Part shown: in pieces, positions 8,272 to 19,319 of the stretch
Layout of the letters: each line of letters begins with the position of its first letter
Position numbering within the stretch: position 1 is the first letter of the stretch
DNA from: Candidatus Latescibacterota bacterium
GTDB lineage: Bacteria > Latescibacterota > UBA2968 > UBA8231
Length of the DNA: 64,000 bases
Direction of reading: 5' to 3'
NCBI GenBank assembly: GCA_963422735.1
Contig: OY730476.1
Location: forward strand, 4,096,001-4,160,000
Notes under the pieces: generated by a model
Told to the model about the DNA's origin: nothing
Databases searched by the model: none
The model's input: only the letters and a program-made list of their open reading frames with translations
Made by a program: the position numbers and the translations under genes

Positions 8272-8925
8272 TTAATACATGTGCGGCTGTACGGCGAGGG
8301 CGAGCGACGCTTCAATGTCCCAGATGGCTTTTGTCACTTCTTGGCCAATCAAGTCCAGCCTACGCACCTGTTTGATGCGGCCGGTCGCACGGGCTAGCTC
8401 GCGGCTGGCCAAGAGCTTTTCGAAAATTCCGCAGGCGTCCGCCAGGCAGATAATGACCACATCGCGAGGGTCGGGGATCTGATCGCTGAACAGCACCTCC
8501 ATGATGCGCAGCTTGACCTCTTTCTCGGCCTTGCCATCGACGACCGGATAGCGCCGCGAGCGAAACACCCATAGGAAGCGCTCGTCCTCGCGTGCGAGAA
8601 TGCCTTTCTGCACCAGCCGGCGGAGCGCACCCTCTCGCATGTCGTTGGCGCGCCCGGCAGTGCGCTCCAGCCAATAACGGGTGTCGTTCGTCTCAGTCGC
8701 TGCGGCAATGTCGCTCAGCGTCGGGTCGATCAGGCTATCTTGCAAGGGGGTGCTATCGACGAGAGTCAGCTTGTTCAGGTCGGTATCTATGCGGTCTTCC
8801 AGCGCCAGTTCCATCAGGACCCCGCCGCCCAAGGCGTACCGCACCAACCGGTCGGGTACTCGGGCGAAGCTCCCATCTTCATCATCGAGCAAAAGAAGCA
8901 TGATTTCTTCGGCAAATCTCAGCAT
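8272..8925 (-). CDS. GPP34/GOLPH3-family phosphoprotein
   Basis: EEIMLLLLDDEDG, GGVLMELALEDRI, LVQKGIL...FLWVFRSRRYP. Confidence 0.85.
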   Translation of the reverse strand: MLRFAEEIMLLLLDDEDGSFARVPDRLVRYALGGGVLMELALEDRIDTDLNKLTLVDSTPLQDSLIDPTLSDIAAATETNDTRYWLERTAGRANDMREGALRRLVQKGILAREDERFLWVFRSRRYPVVDGKAEKEVKLRIMEVLFSDQIPDPRDVVIICLADACGIFEKLLASRELARATGRIKQVRRLDLIGQEVTKAIWDIEASLALAVQPHMY

Positions 8926-9009
8926 GGATTACCTTGTTTAATAGTTTCGGCGTCGGCGTCTGACGAAAAATATAGACCGCTAGTGCGCCAAGCAAGCTGC
9001 CGACCGCGC

Positions 9010-9822
9010 TCAGTTCTCGGGAGCTTGGCCCCCGCGGCAGCGCAGCCATTCTACCGTAACCAGAATCAAAACGGCAAACGCGATGAGAAAGGTGGCTACC
9101 GCTAGGATGGTGGGGCTGATTTGCTCGCGGATGCCCGCCCACATCTGCCGCGGGATAGTCCGCTGCTCTAGGCCGCCCATGAATAGGACCACCACGACCT
9201 CGTCGAAGGAAGCGGCAAACGCGAACAACCCTCCCGACGCAACCCCGGGTGCGATGAGGGGCAACTGTACGCGCCAAAAGCTGCGCAGCGGACCCGCGCC
9301 CAAGCTGGCGGCGGCCCGCATCAAGTTTTGGTCGAAGCCCGACAACGTGGCGGTTACGGTAATCACCACAAACGGCACCCCGAGCACGGCATGGGCGAGG
9401 ATTATGCCAAGGTGGGTCCGAGCTAATCCGAGGCTGGAGTAAAAGAAGAACATTCCCACTGCGGTGATGATGACCGGCGCGATCAGCGGCGCGATCAACA
9501 GCCCCATCACAGCCCTCCGAGCGGGCATGGCCGAATTCGCCAGCCCGAGGGCCGCTAGGGTGCCGAGCGAGGTCGCGAGCAGGGTTGCTAAGATGCCGAT
9601 GACTAAGCTGTTGACCAAGGCGCGGGTCCATGCGTCGTCTTCGATGATGCTGCGGTACCAACGCAGTGAATACGCTTCTGGGTCGAGGAGCAGCATGCCC
9701 TCGGTGAACGTGAAATACGGCTCCGCGTTGAAGCTGAGTGGCACGATCACCAATATCGGCGCAACCAAGAAGACAAACGCCGCCGTGCAGAACGCGAGAT
9801 AGGCCCACCGCGCGAACGTCAA
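9010..9822 (-). CDS. potC: Polyamine-type ABC transporter permease (PotC-like)
   Basis: TTG start overlapping the upstream stop; SLRWY, EAA-loop (AAASLGAG), SFDEVV. Confidence 0.8.
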   Translation of the reverse strand: MTFARWAYLAFCTAAFVFLVAPILVIVPLSFNAEPYFTFTEGMLLLDPEAYSLRWYRSIIEDDAWTRALVNSLVIGILATLLATSLGTLAALGLANSAMPARRAVMGLLIAPLIAPVIITAVGMFFFYSSLGLARTHLGIILAHAVLGVPFVVITVTATLSGFDQNLMRAAASLGAGPLRSFWRVQLPLIAPGVASGGLFAFAASFDEVVVVLFMGGLEQRTIPRQMWAGIREQISPTILAVATFLIAFAVLILVTVEWLRCRGGQAPEN

Positions 9823-11042
9823 CTCAGCCTCATGCGATCGATGCCCACCACGCGGTCGTAGAGCACGTACAGCGCGATGACGCCCACTAGCAGGATAACG
9901 GAGAGCGCAGCGGCGAGTCCCCAGTTGAGCGAGGTCTGAATGTGATAGGCGATCATGTTGGAGATGAACTGTCCCTTGCTCCCACCAACCAGTGCCGGCG
10001 TGATGTAGTAGCCAATGGCGAGGATGAACACCATCAGCAATCCAGCGCCAACACCAGGCAAGGTCTGCGGCCAATAGACTCGCCAAAACGCCTGAAAGGG
10101 GGTCGCGCCGAGGGAGGCCGCAGCCTGTAGGTGCGAAGGCGGAATCGAACGCATTACCGAGTACAGCGGCAGCACCATAAAGGGAAGCAGCACGTGGGTC
10201 ATCGCCACAAACGTGCCGGTCATATTGTATATCATGGCGATGCGGCCGTCGTCTGCGACTAGTCCGACTGCCACCAGCAAGTTGTTGATTACACCCTGGG
10301 TCTGGAGCAGCACGATCCAAGCCGTCGTCCGCACCAGCAGGGACATCCAAAACGGCACCAACACCAGCAACAACAGCAGGTTGGCGCGGCGCGGTGGCGC
10401 GGCGGCGATCAGGTGGGCAATCGGGTAGCCAATGGCCAAGCACAGCGCGGAAATGCCAGCACTAACGGACAGCGTGCGCCACAAAAGTGGCAGGTAGATA
10501 CGGTGTTCTTCTGGCTGCCGGGCGATGCGGCCATCGGGTTGGTGCACCAAATCGAGCGCATTGATATAGTGGCGGAACGTGAATCGCTCCCCAGTGCTGC
10601 GAATCGCCAGCCACACATCCGGCTCGCCCCAAGCGGCGTCGATGCCGGTCATGGCCGAGCGCCAAGAGTTGCCACTGGCGTTGCGCAGCTTGCGCGCACT
10701 GCGCGTGACGACGCTGCGCAAGCCGCTCTTGATGCGGTTGACGCGCGTGGCGATTTGGCCGAGGGTGCGCTCTTCCCGCGCCCGCAACAACTCGCGTGCG
10801 GCCGCGGCATACACCGGCTCTTCCAAGGCGCTGGCCCCGTCCCATTCGCGCAATAGGGAGAGCGTTTCCGGCAACGCATCTGCGACTAGGGGGTCGTACG
10901 CGCTGCGCACGAGCAACGTACCGAGCGGCGCGACAAACGTCGCCAAGACAAGAGCAATCAGCGGCAGGGTCAGCCCGGCCGCTCGCCGCCGCTGACGCGC
11001 CTGTGCATCTGCACCCGTTTGTGATTTTATTCGGTCAACCAC
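9819..11042 (-). CDS. potB: Polyamine-type ABC transporter permease (PotB-like)
   Basis: PFWMSLLVRT, LPFMVLPLY, AAASLGA, GYYITPALVGG. Confidence 0.8.
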   Translation of the reverse strand: MVDRIKSQTGADAQARQRRRAAGLTLPLIALVLATFVAPLGTLLVRSAYDPLVADALPETLSLLREWDGASALEEPVYAAAARELLRAREERTLGQIATRVNRIKSGLRSVVTRSARKLRNASGNSWRSAMTGIDAAWGEPDVWLAIRSTGERFTFRHYINALDLVHQPDGRIARQPEEHRIYLPLLWRTLSVSAGISALCLAIGYPIAHLIAAAPPRRANLLLLLVLVPFWMSLLVRTTAWIVLLQTQGVINNLLVAVGLVADDGRIAMIYNMTGTFVAMTHVLLPFMVLPLYSVMRSIPPSHLQAAASLGATPFQAFWRVYWPQTLPGVGAGLLMVFILAIGYYITPALVGGSKGQFISNMIAYHIQTSLNWGLAAALSVILLVGVIALYVLYDRVVGIDRMRLS

Positions 11043-11045
11043 TTG

Positions 11046-12179
11046 CTAACGAGTCCCCTCGTCGTCCGCAGCATCGGGTTGCAACGCGCGACAGTCCAGC
11101 AAGGTCCAGCCAACGCGGATACGATCTCCCTCCAGCACAGTTCCGTGGCCCACGAGGTTGGGAATTTTGACGATGAAGTCCGAGTACCCGAACAGCTTTA
11201 GGCGCAGGCGCAAGTGGTCGCCGAGAAACGTTATGTCCTCAATATCGGCGTCAAACTCGTTGGCGTACGAATGCCCGCCTTCACCCGGCGAGATCTGCAC
11301 TCGCTCCGGGCGGATGACGACCGTCGCCGCAGTCCCTGGCGGACATTGCCCCAAGCTCACAGCCTTGATGAGCGCATCGCCGACCTCCACTTCGCACACG
11401 CCGTCGCCGACTGTGCGCACCACGCCGTTTAGGCGGTTGTTCTCGCCGATGAAATGGGCCACGAAAGCGCGCTCCGGCTCTTCGTAGAGGACCTCCGGGG
11501 ATGCAATCTGCTCGATTGCACCGTCGCGAAAGACGGCGACCCGATCCGAGATGACCATGGCCTCCTGCTGATCGTGCGTGACATAGACGACGGTTATGCC
11601 CAAGGTGCGCTGAATGCGGCGGATTTCGTATTGCATTTCCTCGCGCAGGCGTCGGTCGAGCGCGCCGAGCGGCTCGTCCATCAACACGAGTTCCGGGTCG
11701 AAGACCAAAGCGCGGGCGATCGCAACGCGCTGTTGCTGGCCACCGGATAGCTGCCCAGGGCGACGATCCTCCAAGCTTTCGAGGCGCACGAGGCGCAGGA
11801 TGCGGGCCACCCGCTCTCGCCGCTCGCTTGGGTCGATGTCGCGCACTTCGAGCGGAAACGCCAAGTTGCCACCAACCGTCATGTGTGGAAAGAGCGCGTA
11901 GTTTTGAAACACGACACCGATTTCGCGCTTGTGAGGGGGCAAATCGCCGACCGGTACGCCATTGATGTGGATGGCACCAGACGCTGGGGTCTCAAACCCA
12001 GCGAGCATCATCAAGCAGGTCGTCTTGCCGGAGCCAGACGGCCCGAGCATGGTGAGGAATTCGCCCTTGTGTACGGCGAGGTTGATGTCGCGCACGACCC
12101 AGTTGCGGCCGTCGTAGCTTTTGCTGACGCCGGTGAATTCGACGTGGGGGGTGTTCGCGTGGCTAGCGTCTGCGCTCAC
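11046..12179 (-). CDS. potA: Polyamine-type ABC transporter ATP-binding protein (PotA-like)
   Basis: GPSGSGKT, FQNYALFPH, LSGGQQQR, DEPLGALD, C-terminal TOBE domain. Confidence 0.85.
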   Translation of the reverse strand: MSADASHANTPHVEFTGVSKSYDGRNWVVRDINLAVHKGEFLTMLGPSGSGKTTCLMMLAGFETPASGAIHINGVPVGDLPPHKREIGVVFQNYALFPHMTVGGNLAFPLEVRDIDPSERRERVARILRLVRLESLEDRRPGQLSGGQQQRVAIARALVFDPELVLMDEPLGALDRRLREEMQYEIRRIQRTLGITVVYVTHDQQEAMVISDRVAVFRDGAIEQIASPEVLYEEPERAFVAHFIGENNRLNGVVRTVGDGVCEVEVGDALIKAVSLGQCPPGTAATVVIRPERVQISPGEGGHSYANEFDADIEDITFLGDHLRLRLKLFGYSDFIVKIPNLVGHGTVLEGDRIRVGWTLLDCRALQPDAADDEGTR

Positions 12180-12182
12180 CGC

Positions 12183-13817
12183 TTACCAACCGAGGGCATA
12201 GCCGTCGCGGCGCGGATCGGCCCCGCCCATAAAGGATCCCGTGTCGGCATCGACCATGATGCCTTGGCCGCCGCCGACGCCAGCCGACCAGTCGCCGAGG
12301 AAATTGAACTGGTGGCCGCGGCGCTCCAGCTTGGCAAAAACCTCGAGGTCAATGCGGTTTTCAGCATTGACGACAAAGCCGGGGGTCCCGGTTTTGACGC
12401 GGGGGGCCTCAATGGCGGCTTGGACGTTCATCTGGTGATCGAGGATGTTCATAATCATCTGCGGAGTAGTCTGGAGGATGCCATAGCTCCCTGGAGTGCC
12501 GATGAGCAGGCGCAGGCCGTCGGCGTCCCAAACTTGGGCCGGCGAGACGCACATCTCGTTTTTCTTGGCCGGGCCAATGACATTGGGGCTGGTAGGCTCG
12601 CGGTCGAACCAGCGCATAAAGTTGTTGAGTGCAATGCCTGTCTCCGGCACGACCATGGACGAGCCAAAGCCGCCGCCCAAGCTCTGGGTGCAAGCGACGG
12701 CGTTGCCATCGGCGTCGATGGTGTCGAAGTGGGTCGTGCATTCGCTCATCCACGCACGCGGGTCGCCTGCTTTGACATCCCCGACCGGGCCGCCAGGTAT
12801 GAGGTTCTCGCCTGCCGTAAACTGGGCCTTGTCGCCGATGAGCGCGCGCCGCTCGGCTGCGTATTCCTTCGAGAGCAGGCCCGCTGTCGGTGGGTTGTCG
12901 ATGGCCGCGTAGGCAATGCGGTCGGCCATGGCCAGCTTGGTAGTCTCGATAAAGCGGTGCAAGGTCGAGGCGGTATTGTGGCCGAGGCCTGCCACGTCAA
13001 AACCCTCCATGATGGCCAGCGTCTCTAAGTACTGGACGGCTTGGCAGGGCGGCGGCGGCGCAAAGACCTCATAGCCGCGGTAGTCGATGGAGATCGGATC
13101 GGCAAATGCCGGGGCAAAGTCGGCGAGGTCTTCTTTTGTAATCAGGCCGCCGGTCTCCTCCATATAGCGGACAATGCGGTCGGCAATCGCGCCCTTGTAA
13201 AAGGCATCTGTGCCCTCGGCAGCGACTTGGCGGAAGGTCTCGGCGAGGGCCTTTTGCACCACTACTTCCCCAGGCTCAGGGGGTGCGCCGTCGAGTAGGT
13301 AGGTATTGGCACCAGTCTTGAAGCGGCGCAGGCTCGCGGCCGCACCCGCGTAGAAATAGGCATTCTTGACCGTGAGGGCGTAGCCTTGCTCGGCGTACTC
13401 AACGGCCGGAGCAAAGACGCGGGCGGCGTCCATCGAGCCGTAGCGCTCCAGCGCGGCTAGCCAGCCACCGCAAGCCCCAGGCACCGCCGGCGAGAGGGGG
13501 CCGAGCCCCTGTTTGTCCTTGCTGTCGTACAGGCTCAGGGTGGCCGCCCGTGGGGTGAGGCCGACGTAGTCAATGATCTTGTGCTCTTTCTCGCGGGTGC
13601 TGTAGATGTGCAGATAGCCAACGCCGCCAATGCCCGACATATACGGCTCAACCACGTTGAGCGCAGCGGCCGTGGCAATAGCCGCATCAATGGCATTGCC
13701 GCCTTCCATCAAGATGCGCATACCAGCGAGAGAAGCGAGAGGATGAGCCGAGGCGATCATGCCGCGGCGGCCCGTGGCGGTGCTGCGGTGCGTGGTGCCT
13801 TTGGAAGAAAAGGCCAT
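12183..13817 (-). CDS. ggt: Gamma-glutamyltransferase family protein
   Basis: GGNAIDAAIA, EPYMSGIGG, catalytic Thr in CTTHF, GADPRRDG; aaggag RBS. Confidence 0.93.
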   Translation of the reverse strand: MAFSSKGTTHRSTATGRRGMIASAHPLASLAGMRILMEGGNAIDAAIATAAALNVVEPYMSGIGGVGYLHIYSTREKEHKIIDYVGLTPRAATLSLYDSKDKQGLGPLSPAVPGACGGWLAALERYGSMDAARVFAPAVEYAEQGYALTVKNAYFYAGAAASLRRFKTGANTYLLDGAPPEPGEVVVQKALAETFRQVAAEGTDAFYKGAIADRIVRYMEETGGLITKEDLADFAPAFADPISIDYRGYEVFAPPPPCQAVQYLETLAIMEGFDVAGLGHNTASTLHRFIETTKLAMADRIAYAAIDNPPTAGLLSKEYAAERRALIGDKAQFTAGENLIPGGPVGDVKAGDPRAWMSECTTHFDTIDADGNAVACTQSLGGGFGSSMVVPETGIALNNFMRWFDREPTSPNVIGPAKKNEMCVSPAQVWDADGLRLLIGTPGSYGILQTTPQMIMNILDHQMNVQAAIEAPRVKTGTPGFVVNAENRIDLEVFAKLERRGHQFNFLGDWSAGVGGGQGIMVDADTGSFMGGADPRRDGYALGW

Positions 13818-13904
13818 TGGACGCAACTCCTTGCGATTTGTAAATTTTGCGACCGCCTAAAATAAGGCGAGTACATTACAGCGTCAATCGAGGAGCCTAC
13901 TTAT

Positions 13905-14942
13905 ATGAGCGACAAGACAATAGACCTGCGCAGCGACACGATCACCCTGCCGACTGAGGCCATGCAAGAGGCCATGGCCTGTGCTCCGTTGGGCGACGAT
14001 GTGTACGGCGAAGACCCAACGGTCAACCGCCTGCAAGAATTGGCCGCCGAAAAGGCAGGCATGGAAGCCGCGCTCTACGTGCCTTCGGGCACGATGGGCA
14101 ATGCCTGCGCCTTGATGACCCACACCAACTGGGGAGACGAGGTGCTCTTTGAGGAGCAGGCGCACATGTATTACTGGGAGGCCGGAACCTACGCCTCGCT
14201 CGCTGGGTTGGCCGTACGCACCGTTGCTGGCGAGCACGGCGTCATCACCGCCGATCAAGTACGCGAGGCAGTCCGCGCCGACAACCCGCACTTTGCCCCG
14301 CTCAGGGTCGTCTGCATCGAGAACACCCACAACAACCACGCCGGCCACGCTTGGTCGGTCGCCGAGGTAGCTGCGGTGGGTGCCGCATGCCGCGAACACG
14401 GGCTGAAACTGCACGTGGACGGAGCGCGCATTTTTAACGCCGCCATAGCCGCCGGGGCGAAGGTCCCAGAATACACTCAGCACGTCGACTCCGTGATGTT
14501 CTGCATCTCCAAGGGACTGAGCGCGCCGGTCGGCTCGCTGCTGTGCGGGAGCAGGAACTTTGTCGAGCGGGCCTATCGGATGCGCAAGCGGCTCGGCGGT
14601 GCCATGCGCCAAGCCGGAGTAGTGGCCGCGGCCGGAGTAGTGGCCCTAGAGCAGATGATAGATCGGCTGGCCGAGGATCACGCAGTGGCGCGGGAACTGG
14701 CCGCCGGGCTGGGAGCGATGGAGGGCGTTGAGGTGATTTTTCCGCCGCGACCGACCAACATACTCAAGGTGGATTTTGCGGCCTTGGGGTGGCCGGCTGC
14801 CGATCTAGTGGCCAAGTGGAAGGCGCGGGGCGTGTTGTGCAATCCGCGTCCGCCACACGGGGCGCGGCTGGTGGCGAATCGGCACGTGGGGCTAGAGGAC
14901 GTCAATTGCGTGGTGGAGGCGACCCGGGAAATGATCGGGTAG
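13905..14942 (+). CDS. ltaE: Low-specificity L-threonine aldolase
   Basis: [44 protein letters not shown]. Confidence 0.92.
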   Translation: MSDKTIDLRSDTITLPTEAMQEAMACAPLGDDVYGEDPTVNRLQELAAEKAGMEAALYVPSGTMGNACALMTHTNWGDEVLFEEQAHMYYWEAGTYASLAGLAVRTVAGEHGVITADQVREAVRADNPHFAPLRVVCIENTHNNHAGHAWSVAEVAAVGAACREHGLKLHVDGARIFNAAIAAGAKVPEYTQHVDSVMFCISKGLSAPVGSLLCGSRNFVERAYRMRKRLGGAMRQAGVVAAAGVVALEQMIDRLAEDHAVARELAAGLGAMEGVEVIFPPRPTNILKVDFAALGWPAADLVAKWKARGVLCNPRPPHGARLVANRHVGLEDVNCVVEATREMIG

Positions 14943-14950
14943 GGGGGTAG

Positions 14951-17272
14951 TTGGCGCGTCTTCCGTCCATATCTCGGTGCTTTTGGCCCGGCGTCTTTGC
15001 AGCGGCCCTTGGCGCGGGAGTTGCCGGAGGGGACGCGCTGAAGAACGCGGATGGATCGTGGAAATACAGCAATCATCTGGTGGGGGAGACGAGCCTCTAT
15101 TTATTGCTGCACGCGCACAATCCGGTCGAGTGGTACCCTTGGGGAGAGGAGGCACTAGCGCGGGCCAAGGCCGAGGACAAGCCGATCTTCCTGTCGGTCG
15201 GCTACTCGACCTGCTATTGGTGCCACGTCATGGAGCGGCTGGTCTTTTCCGATCCCGCGATCGCCGCGCAGATGAATGCCAGTTTTGTCAATATCAAGGT
15301 CGATCGGGAGGAGCGGCCCGACATCGACCGCATTTACATGTTGGCGACCCAACTAACTACCCGACGCGGCGGCTGGCCCAATTCGGTGTTTTTGACCCCA
15401 AGCGAGGAGCCGTTTTTCGCCGGCACGTACTTTCCGCCCAAGCCCTTACCCGGTCGGCCTTCCTTTCCCCAAGTCTTGGACTTTATGCGCCAGCGCTGGC
15501 AGGACCAGCGCGAGCAGGTGCTGCAAGTTGCGGCCCGCTTAACCGCGGCCATTCGCGACTTGGAATCCGGGCAGCAGATGGCGGCCGTGCCTCCAGATTC
15601 TTTGTTAGTAGCGCGGGTGCTAGCCGCTGTTCAGGTGCGCTACGACGCGATTAACGGCGGCTTCGGGGGTGCGCCCAAATTTCCTCCGAGCTTGCGCTTG
15701 GAGATGCTGATGGCCACGACCGAGCGCTTTGCCGACCCCCAAGTACAGCGCATCGTCTTGCACTCGCTGGAGCGGATGGCGACCGGCGGCATCTACGACC
15801 AAATCGGCGGAGGCTTTCACCGCTACGCCACGGACGCCGAGTGGCGAGTGCCGCACTTCGAGAAGATGCTCTACAGCCAAGCTCATTTGTCGCGGCTGTA
15901 CTTGCGTGCGTACGAACTGACGGGAGACGACCGCTGGCGGTGGGTGGCAGAGGATATTTTTCACTTTGTCGCGCGGGAGATGACCGGGCCGGAGGGAGCT
16001 TTTTACTCGGCATTGGACGCCGAAACCGAGGCCGAAGAGGGCAAGTACTACCTGTGGACTGTGAGGGATCTGGAAAATGTGTTGGGGCGCGAGGTGGAGT
16101 TGTTTTGGGCCGTCTATGGGTTGGCCCCCATGCCCGAGGGCGAGGAAGGCGTCCTCTACGTGCAAACGCCGTCTGCTGAGGCCGAGCAGCGGGATCGGAT
16201 GGCACCTTTGCGGCAGCGCGTCCTTGCAGCGCGGGCCGAGCGGCCCTATCCCCTCCTAGACGACAAGGTGCTAGCCGCTTGGAACGGGATGATGATCGAA
16301 GCGTACGCACGGGGATTCGCGGTCTTGGGCGATCTTGCATATCGCCGAGCGGCCGAGCGAGCGGCTGATTTCGCTCTCAAGCATCTGCGGCGCGAGGACG
16401 GGGGGTTGTGGCGGGTCCACCGGCTGGGGATTTCGCAGCAGGCCGCGTACCTAGACGACTATGCATTTTTGGCGCGCGGGCTGACGGCATTGTACCGGGC
16501 CACCGGCGAGGCGCGGTGGTTGCAGGCCGCGCGCGAGCTGAGCGCCGAGATGGTGGCCCGGTTTTGGGATGAAGATGTCGAAGGTTTTTTCTTTACTGAA
16601 GCTAGCAACGCGCTCATCGTGCGGAGCAAGTTCGCCCAAGACTCGGCCTTGCCTTCGGGCAACGCGGTGGCCGCCCACGCGCTGCTAGACTTGGCCGAAC
16701 TGACGGGCCAAGCGCACTATCGCAGCCGGGCGGCGCAAATTCTATCCGCTTTTGGCGGGGCCATCTGGGCACAGCCCTCGGCCTCGGTACATTTGGCTGC
16801 CGCAGTCGAGCGCCATCTGCAAGCGTCGCTGTCCGCAGCCGCATTAGCGGACACCTACGCGGATTCGCTGGTCTCCATGCGGGTTGAACTGCCCGCGCAA
16901 CAGCCCGTGGCGGGCGAGGCTTTTGCCGTGGCAGTGCATCTAGATATCCGCCCGGGCTGGCACATCAACGCTAACCCGGCCTCGGACGACTTGCTCATTC
17001 CCACCTCGCTGACGCTCAATGCGGACTGGCCGTTGGACTTTGCCCACGTGCGCTATCCCATAGGCCGCTCTCAGGTCTTTCCAGTCCTAGAAGAGACGCT
17101 CTCGGTGTACGAGGATCAGGTCGCGCTGTGGGCGGATTTGTCGCTGCCCAAAAGTGCGGCGGGAACGGCGGGTCATTTGCGCTTCCTGATCCAATATCAA
17201 GCATGTGACGAGACTCATTGCCTCCCCCCGGCGGAATTGAGCCGCAGCGTGCGAGTGGCCGTGGCACCATGA
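14951..17272 (+). CDS. DUF255/YyaL (SSP411-like) thioredoxin + alpha/alpha-toroid protein with a C-terminal DsbD-N-like domain
   Basis: [40 protein letters not shown]; tail GWHINANP...[12 protein letters not shown]; start uncertain. Confidence 0.9.
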   Translation: MARLPSISRCFWPGVFAAALGAGVAGGDALKNADGSWKYSNHLVGETSLYLLLHAHNPVEWYPWGEEALARAKAEDKPIFLSVGYSTCYWCHVMERLVFSDPAIAAQMNASFVNIKVDREERPDIDRIYMLATQLTTRRGGWPNSVFLTPSEEPFFAGTYFPPKPLPGRPSFPQVLDFMRQRWQDQREQVLQVAARLTAAIRDLESGQQMAAVPPDSLLVARVLAAVQVRYDAINGGFGGAPKFPPSLRLEMLMATTERFADPQVQRIVLHSLERMATGGIYDQIGGGFHRYATDAEWRVPHFEKMLYSQAHLSRLYLRAYELTGDDRWRWVAEDIFHFVAREMTGPEGAFYSALDAETEAEEGKYYLWTVRDLENVLGREVELFWAVYGLAPMPEGEEGVLYVQTPSAEAEQRDRMAPLRQRVLAARAERPYPLLDDKVLAAWNGMMIEAYARGFAVLGDLAYRRAAERAADFALKHLRREDGGLWRVHRLGISQQAAYLDDYAFLARGLTALYRATGEARWLQAARELSAEMVARFWDEDVEGFFFTEASNALIVRSKFAQDSALPSGNAVAAHALLDLAELTGQAHYRSRAAQILSAFGGAIWAQPSASVHLAAAVERHLQASLSAAALADTYADSLVSMRVELPAQQPVAGEAFAVAVHLDIRPGWHINANPASDDLLIPTSLTLNADWPLDFAHVRYPIGRSQVFPVLEETLSVYEDQVALWADLSLPKSAAGTAGHLRFLIQYQACDETHCLPPAELSRSVRVAVAP

Positions 17273-19296
17273 TCCACTGCGAAGACCTCATCGGCTGCGG
17301 AGTGGACGAACTAGAGGCCGCCAAGCTCCTCGCCCAAGTCGAAGCCCTCTCCGGCACACCGGAAGCGCGCTGGCGGGAAGCGGCCCGTTGCATTCTGAGG
17401 CCGGATCATCCCTTCGCACTGCACCAGTTGATCTATCGAGCAATCTACGGTAGCGCAGGCGGCCCGGTGTTTTTCCCCGAGTTAGCAGATATTGAGTACG
17501 CGCATATAACGGCACTGCGGCGCGAGCTTGGTCTGGATTCGCACGCCGCGCTCTTTGCATGGTCGGTTGCAGAGCGGGAGGCGTTTTGGGAGCGGACGAT
17601 CGCTCGCTTGGGAATTCGCTTTCGCAAGCCATACGCGCGGCTTCTCGATCTCTCCCAAGGAATCGAAGTGCCCAAGTGGTTTGTCGGGGCCGAGATGAAT
17701 ATCGCCGAGAGTTGCTTCCAAGCTCCCGCCGATCAGACGGCCATTGTATTCCAGCGCGAGGGCGGCCGACTTGAGCGGATGAGTTTCGGTGCCTTGGAAG
17801 CCCTATGCGACCGGGTCGCCGGCGGGTTGTGCGCGTTGGGATTGGGTCCCGGCGACCGGATTGCCGTGGCCATGCCGATGACGGCCGAGTCCGTGGCGAT
17901 CTATCTGGGGAGCGTCAAGGCCGGTTGCGCGGTGGTCGCCATCGCCGATAGCTTCGCCGCCCCCCAGATCGCCGCCCGGCTGCGGATAGGGGAGGCCAAA
18001 GCCGTTTTTACGCAGGACGTGATTTTGCGCGGGGGGCGCGAGTTGCCGCTGTATTCGCGCTTAGTCGCCGCGGAGGCCCCGTTGGCAATCGCGTTGCCGG
18101 GGCATGTGGAAGGGCTGACGGAGGCGTTGCGCCCCCGGGATCTGAGCTGGGACGAATTCTTGCAAGCCGACGCTGTGCCTGCGGCCGTGGCCTGTGACCC
18201 CGAAGAGACAACTAATGTCCTGTTTTCGTCGGGGACTACCGGCGACCCCAAGGCCCTGCCTTGGACCCATGTCAACCCGATCAAGTGCGGTGCAGACGCG
18301 CACTATCATCAAGATGTTCACCCGGGCGACGTGGTCGCTTGGCCGACCAATTTGGGCTGGATGATGGGGCCGTGGCTGATTTACGCCGCCTTTTTGAACC
18401 GGGCGACCATGGCGCTCTACTATGGTACGCCAACGGAGCGGGGTTTTGGGGAGTTTGTGCAAGCGGCTGGCATTACCATGCTCGGCGTCATTCCGAGCAT
18501 GGTGCGGACTTGGCGCAGCACGGGCTGCATGGAGGGAATAGACTTTTCGGCGATTCGGGCTTTTAGTGCCACCGGGGAGTGCTCCAATGCCGAGGACATG
18601 CACTATCTGATGGCGCTGGCGGGGTATCGGCCGATACTCGAATACTGCGGCGGCACCGAGCTGGCGGGCGGCTACTTGCTCAGCACACTAGTCGAGCCGG
18701 TCGCACCCGCGACCTTTAATTCGGCGACGCTGGGGACGGACTTGGCGATTTTGGACGAAGACGGGCAGGAGTGCGAAAGCGGCGAGGTCTTTCTGGTCCC
18801 GCCCGCCATTGGAATGTCAACTCGGGTGCTCAACCGCGACCACCGAGAAGTGTACTATGCGGGCGTACCCAAGCGGGATGGGGTGCCACTGCGCCGCCAT
18901 GGCGACCAAGTCGAGCGGCTGGCCCCGGGCATCTACCGGGTCCACGGCCGAGCCGACGACGCGATGAACCTAGGGGGGATTAAGGTGAGTTCCGCGGAGA
19001 TCGAGCGGATATTGAATGCGATGCCGGGCGTGGTCGAGACCGCCGCGATTGCCGTGCCGCCGCTGGGGGGCGGGCCGAGCCGGCTGGTGATCTTCGCGGT
19101 GTTGGAGGACGCCGGTGACCACTTGCAAGATGCGATGCAACAAGCGATCCGCCGGGAACTCAATCCGCTCTTCAAAATTCACGAGGTGGTGATGGTGGAA
19201 TCGCTGCCGCGGACCGCGTCGAACAAGGTGATGCGGCGGGTCTTGCGGGAGCGGTACGGAAGAAAACCGCGCGAACATCGACGCGCTGGCCCGTAG
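17269..19296 (+). CDS. AMP-dependent acyl-CoA synthetase (acetate-CoA ligase-like; resembles plant AAE17/18 type)
   Basis: [38 protein letters not shown]; ATG overlaps the upstream stop. Confidence 0.9.
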   Translation: MIHCEDLIGCGVDELEAAKLLAQVEALSGTPEARWREAARCILRPDHPFALHQLIYRAIYGSAGGPVFFPELADIEYAHITALRRELGLDSHAALFAWSVAEREAFWERTIARLGIRFRKPYARLLDLSQGIEVPKWFVGAEMNIAESCFQAPADQTAIVFQREGGRLERMSFGALEALCDRVAGGLCALGLGPGDRIAVAMPMTAESVAIYLGSVKAGCAVVAIADSFAAPQIAARLRIGEAKAVFTQDVILRGGRELPLYSRLVAAEAPLAIALPGHVEGLTEALRPRDLSWDEFLQADAVPAAVACDPEETTNVLFSSGTTGDPKALPWTHVNPIKCGADAHYHQDVHPGDVVAWPTNLGWMMGPWLIYAAFLNRATMALYYGTPTERGFGEFVQAAGITMLGVIPSMVRTWRSTGCMEGIDFSAIRAFSATGECSNAEDMHYLMALAGYRPILEYCGGTELAGGYLLSTLVEPVAPATFNSATLGTDLAILDEDGQECESGEVFLVPPAIGMSTRVLNRDHREVYYAGVPKRDGVPLRRHGDQVERLAPGIYRVHGRADDAMNLGGIKVSSAEIERILNAMPGVVETAAIAVPPLGGGPSRLVIFAVLEDAGDHLQDAMQQAIRRELNPLFKIHEVVMVESLPRTASNKVMRRVLRERYGRKPREHRRAGP

Positions 19297-19319
19297 AGAC
19301 CGAGCGAAAGGAGCATCCG

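Noticed and set aside
9823-10443. N-terminal extension of the 477-aa ORF 9010-10443
   Set aside because: Out-of-frame overlap with potB; the permease sequence begins at the TTG at 9822.
11883-13028. 381-aa plus-strand ORF
   Set aside because: Antisense to ggt/potA with no recognisable domain.
15200-15235. CYWCH read as a heme c attachment site
   Set aside because: It is the thioredoxin-like CxxC of the DUF255/YyaL family.
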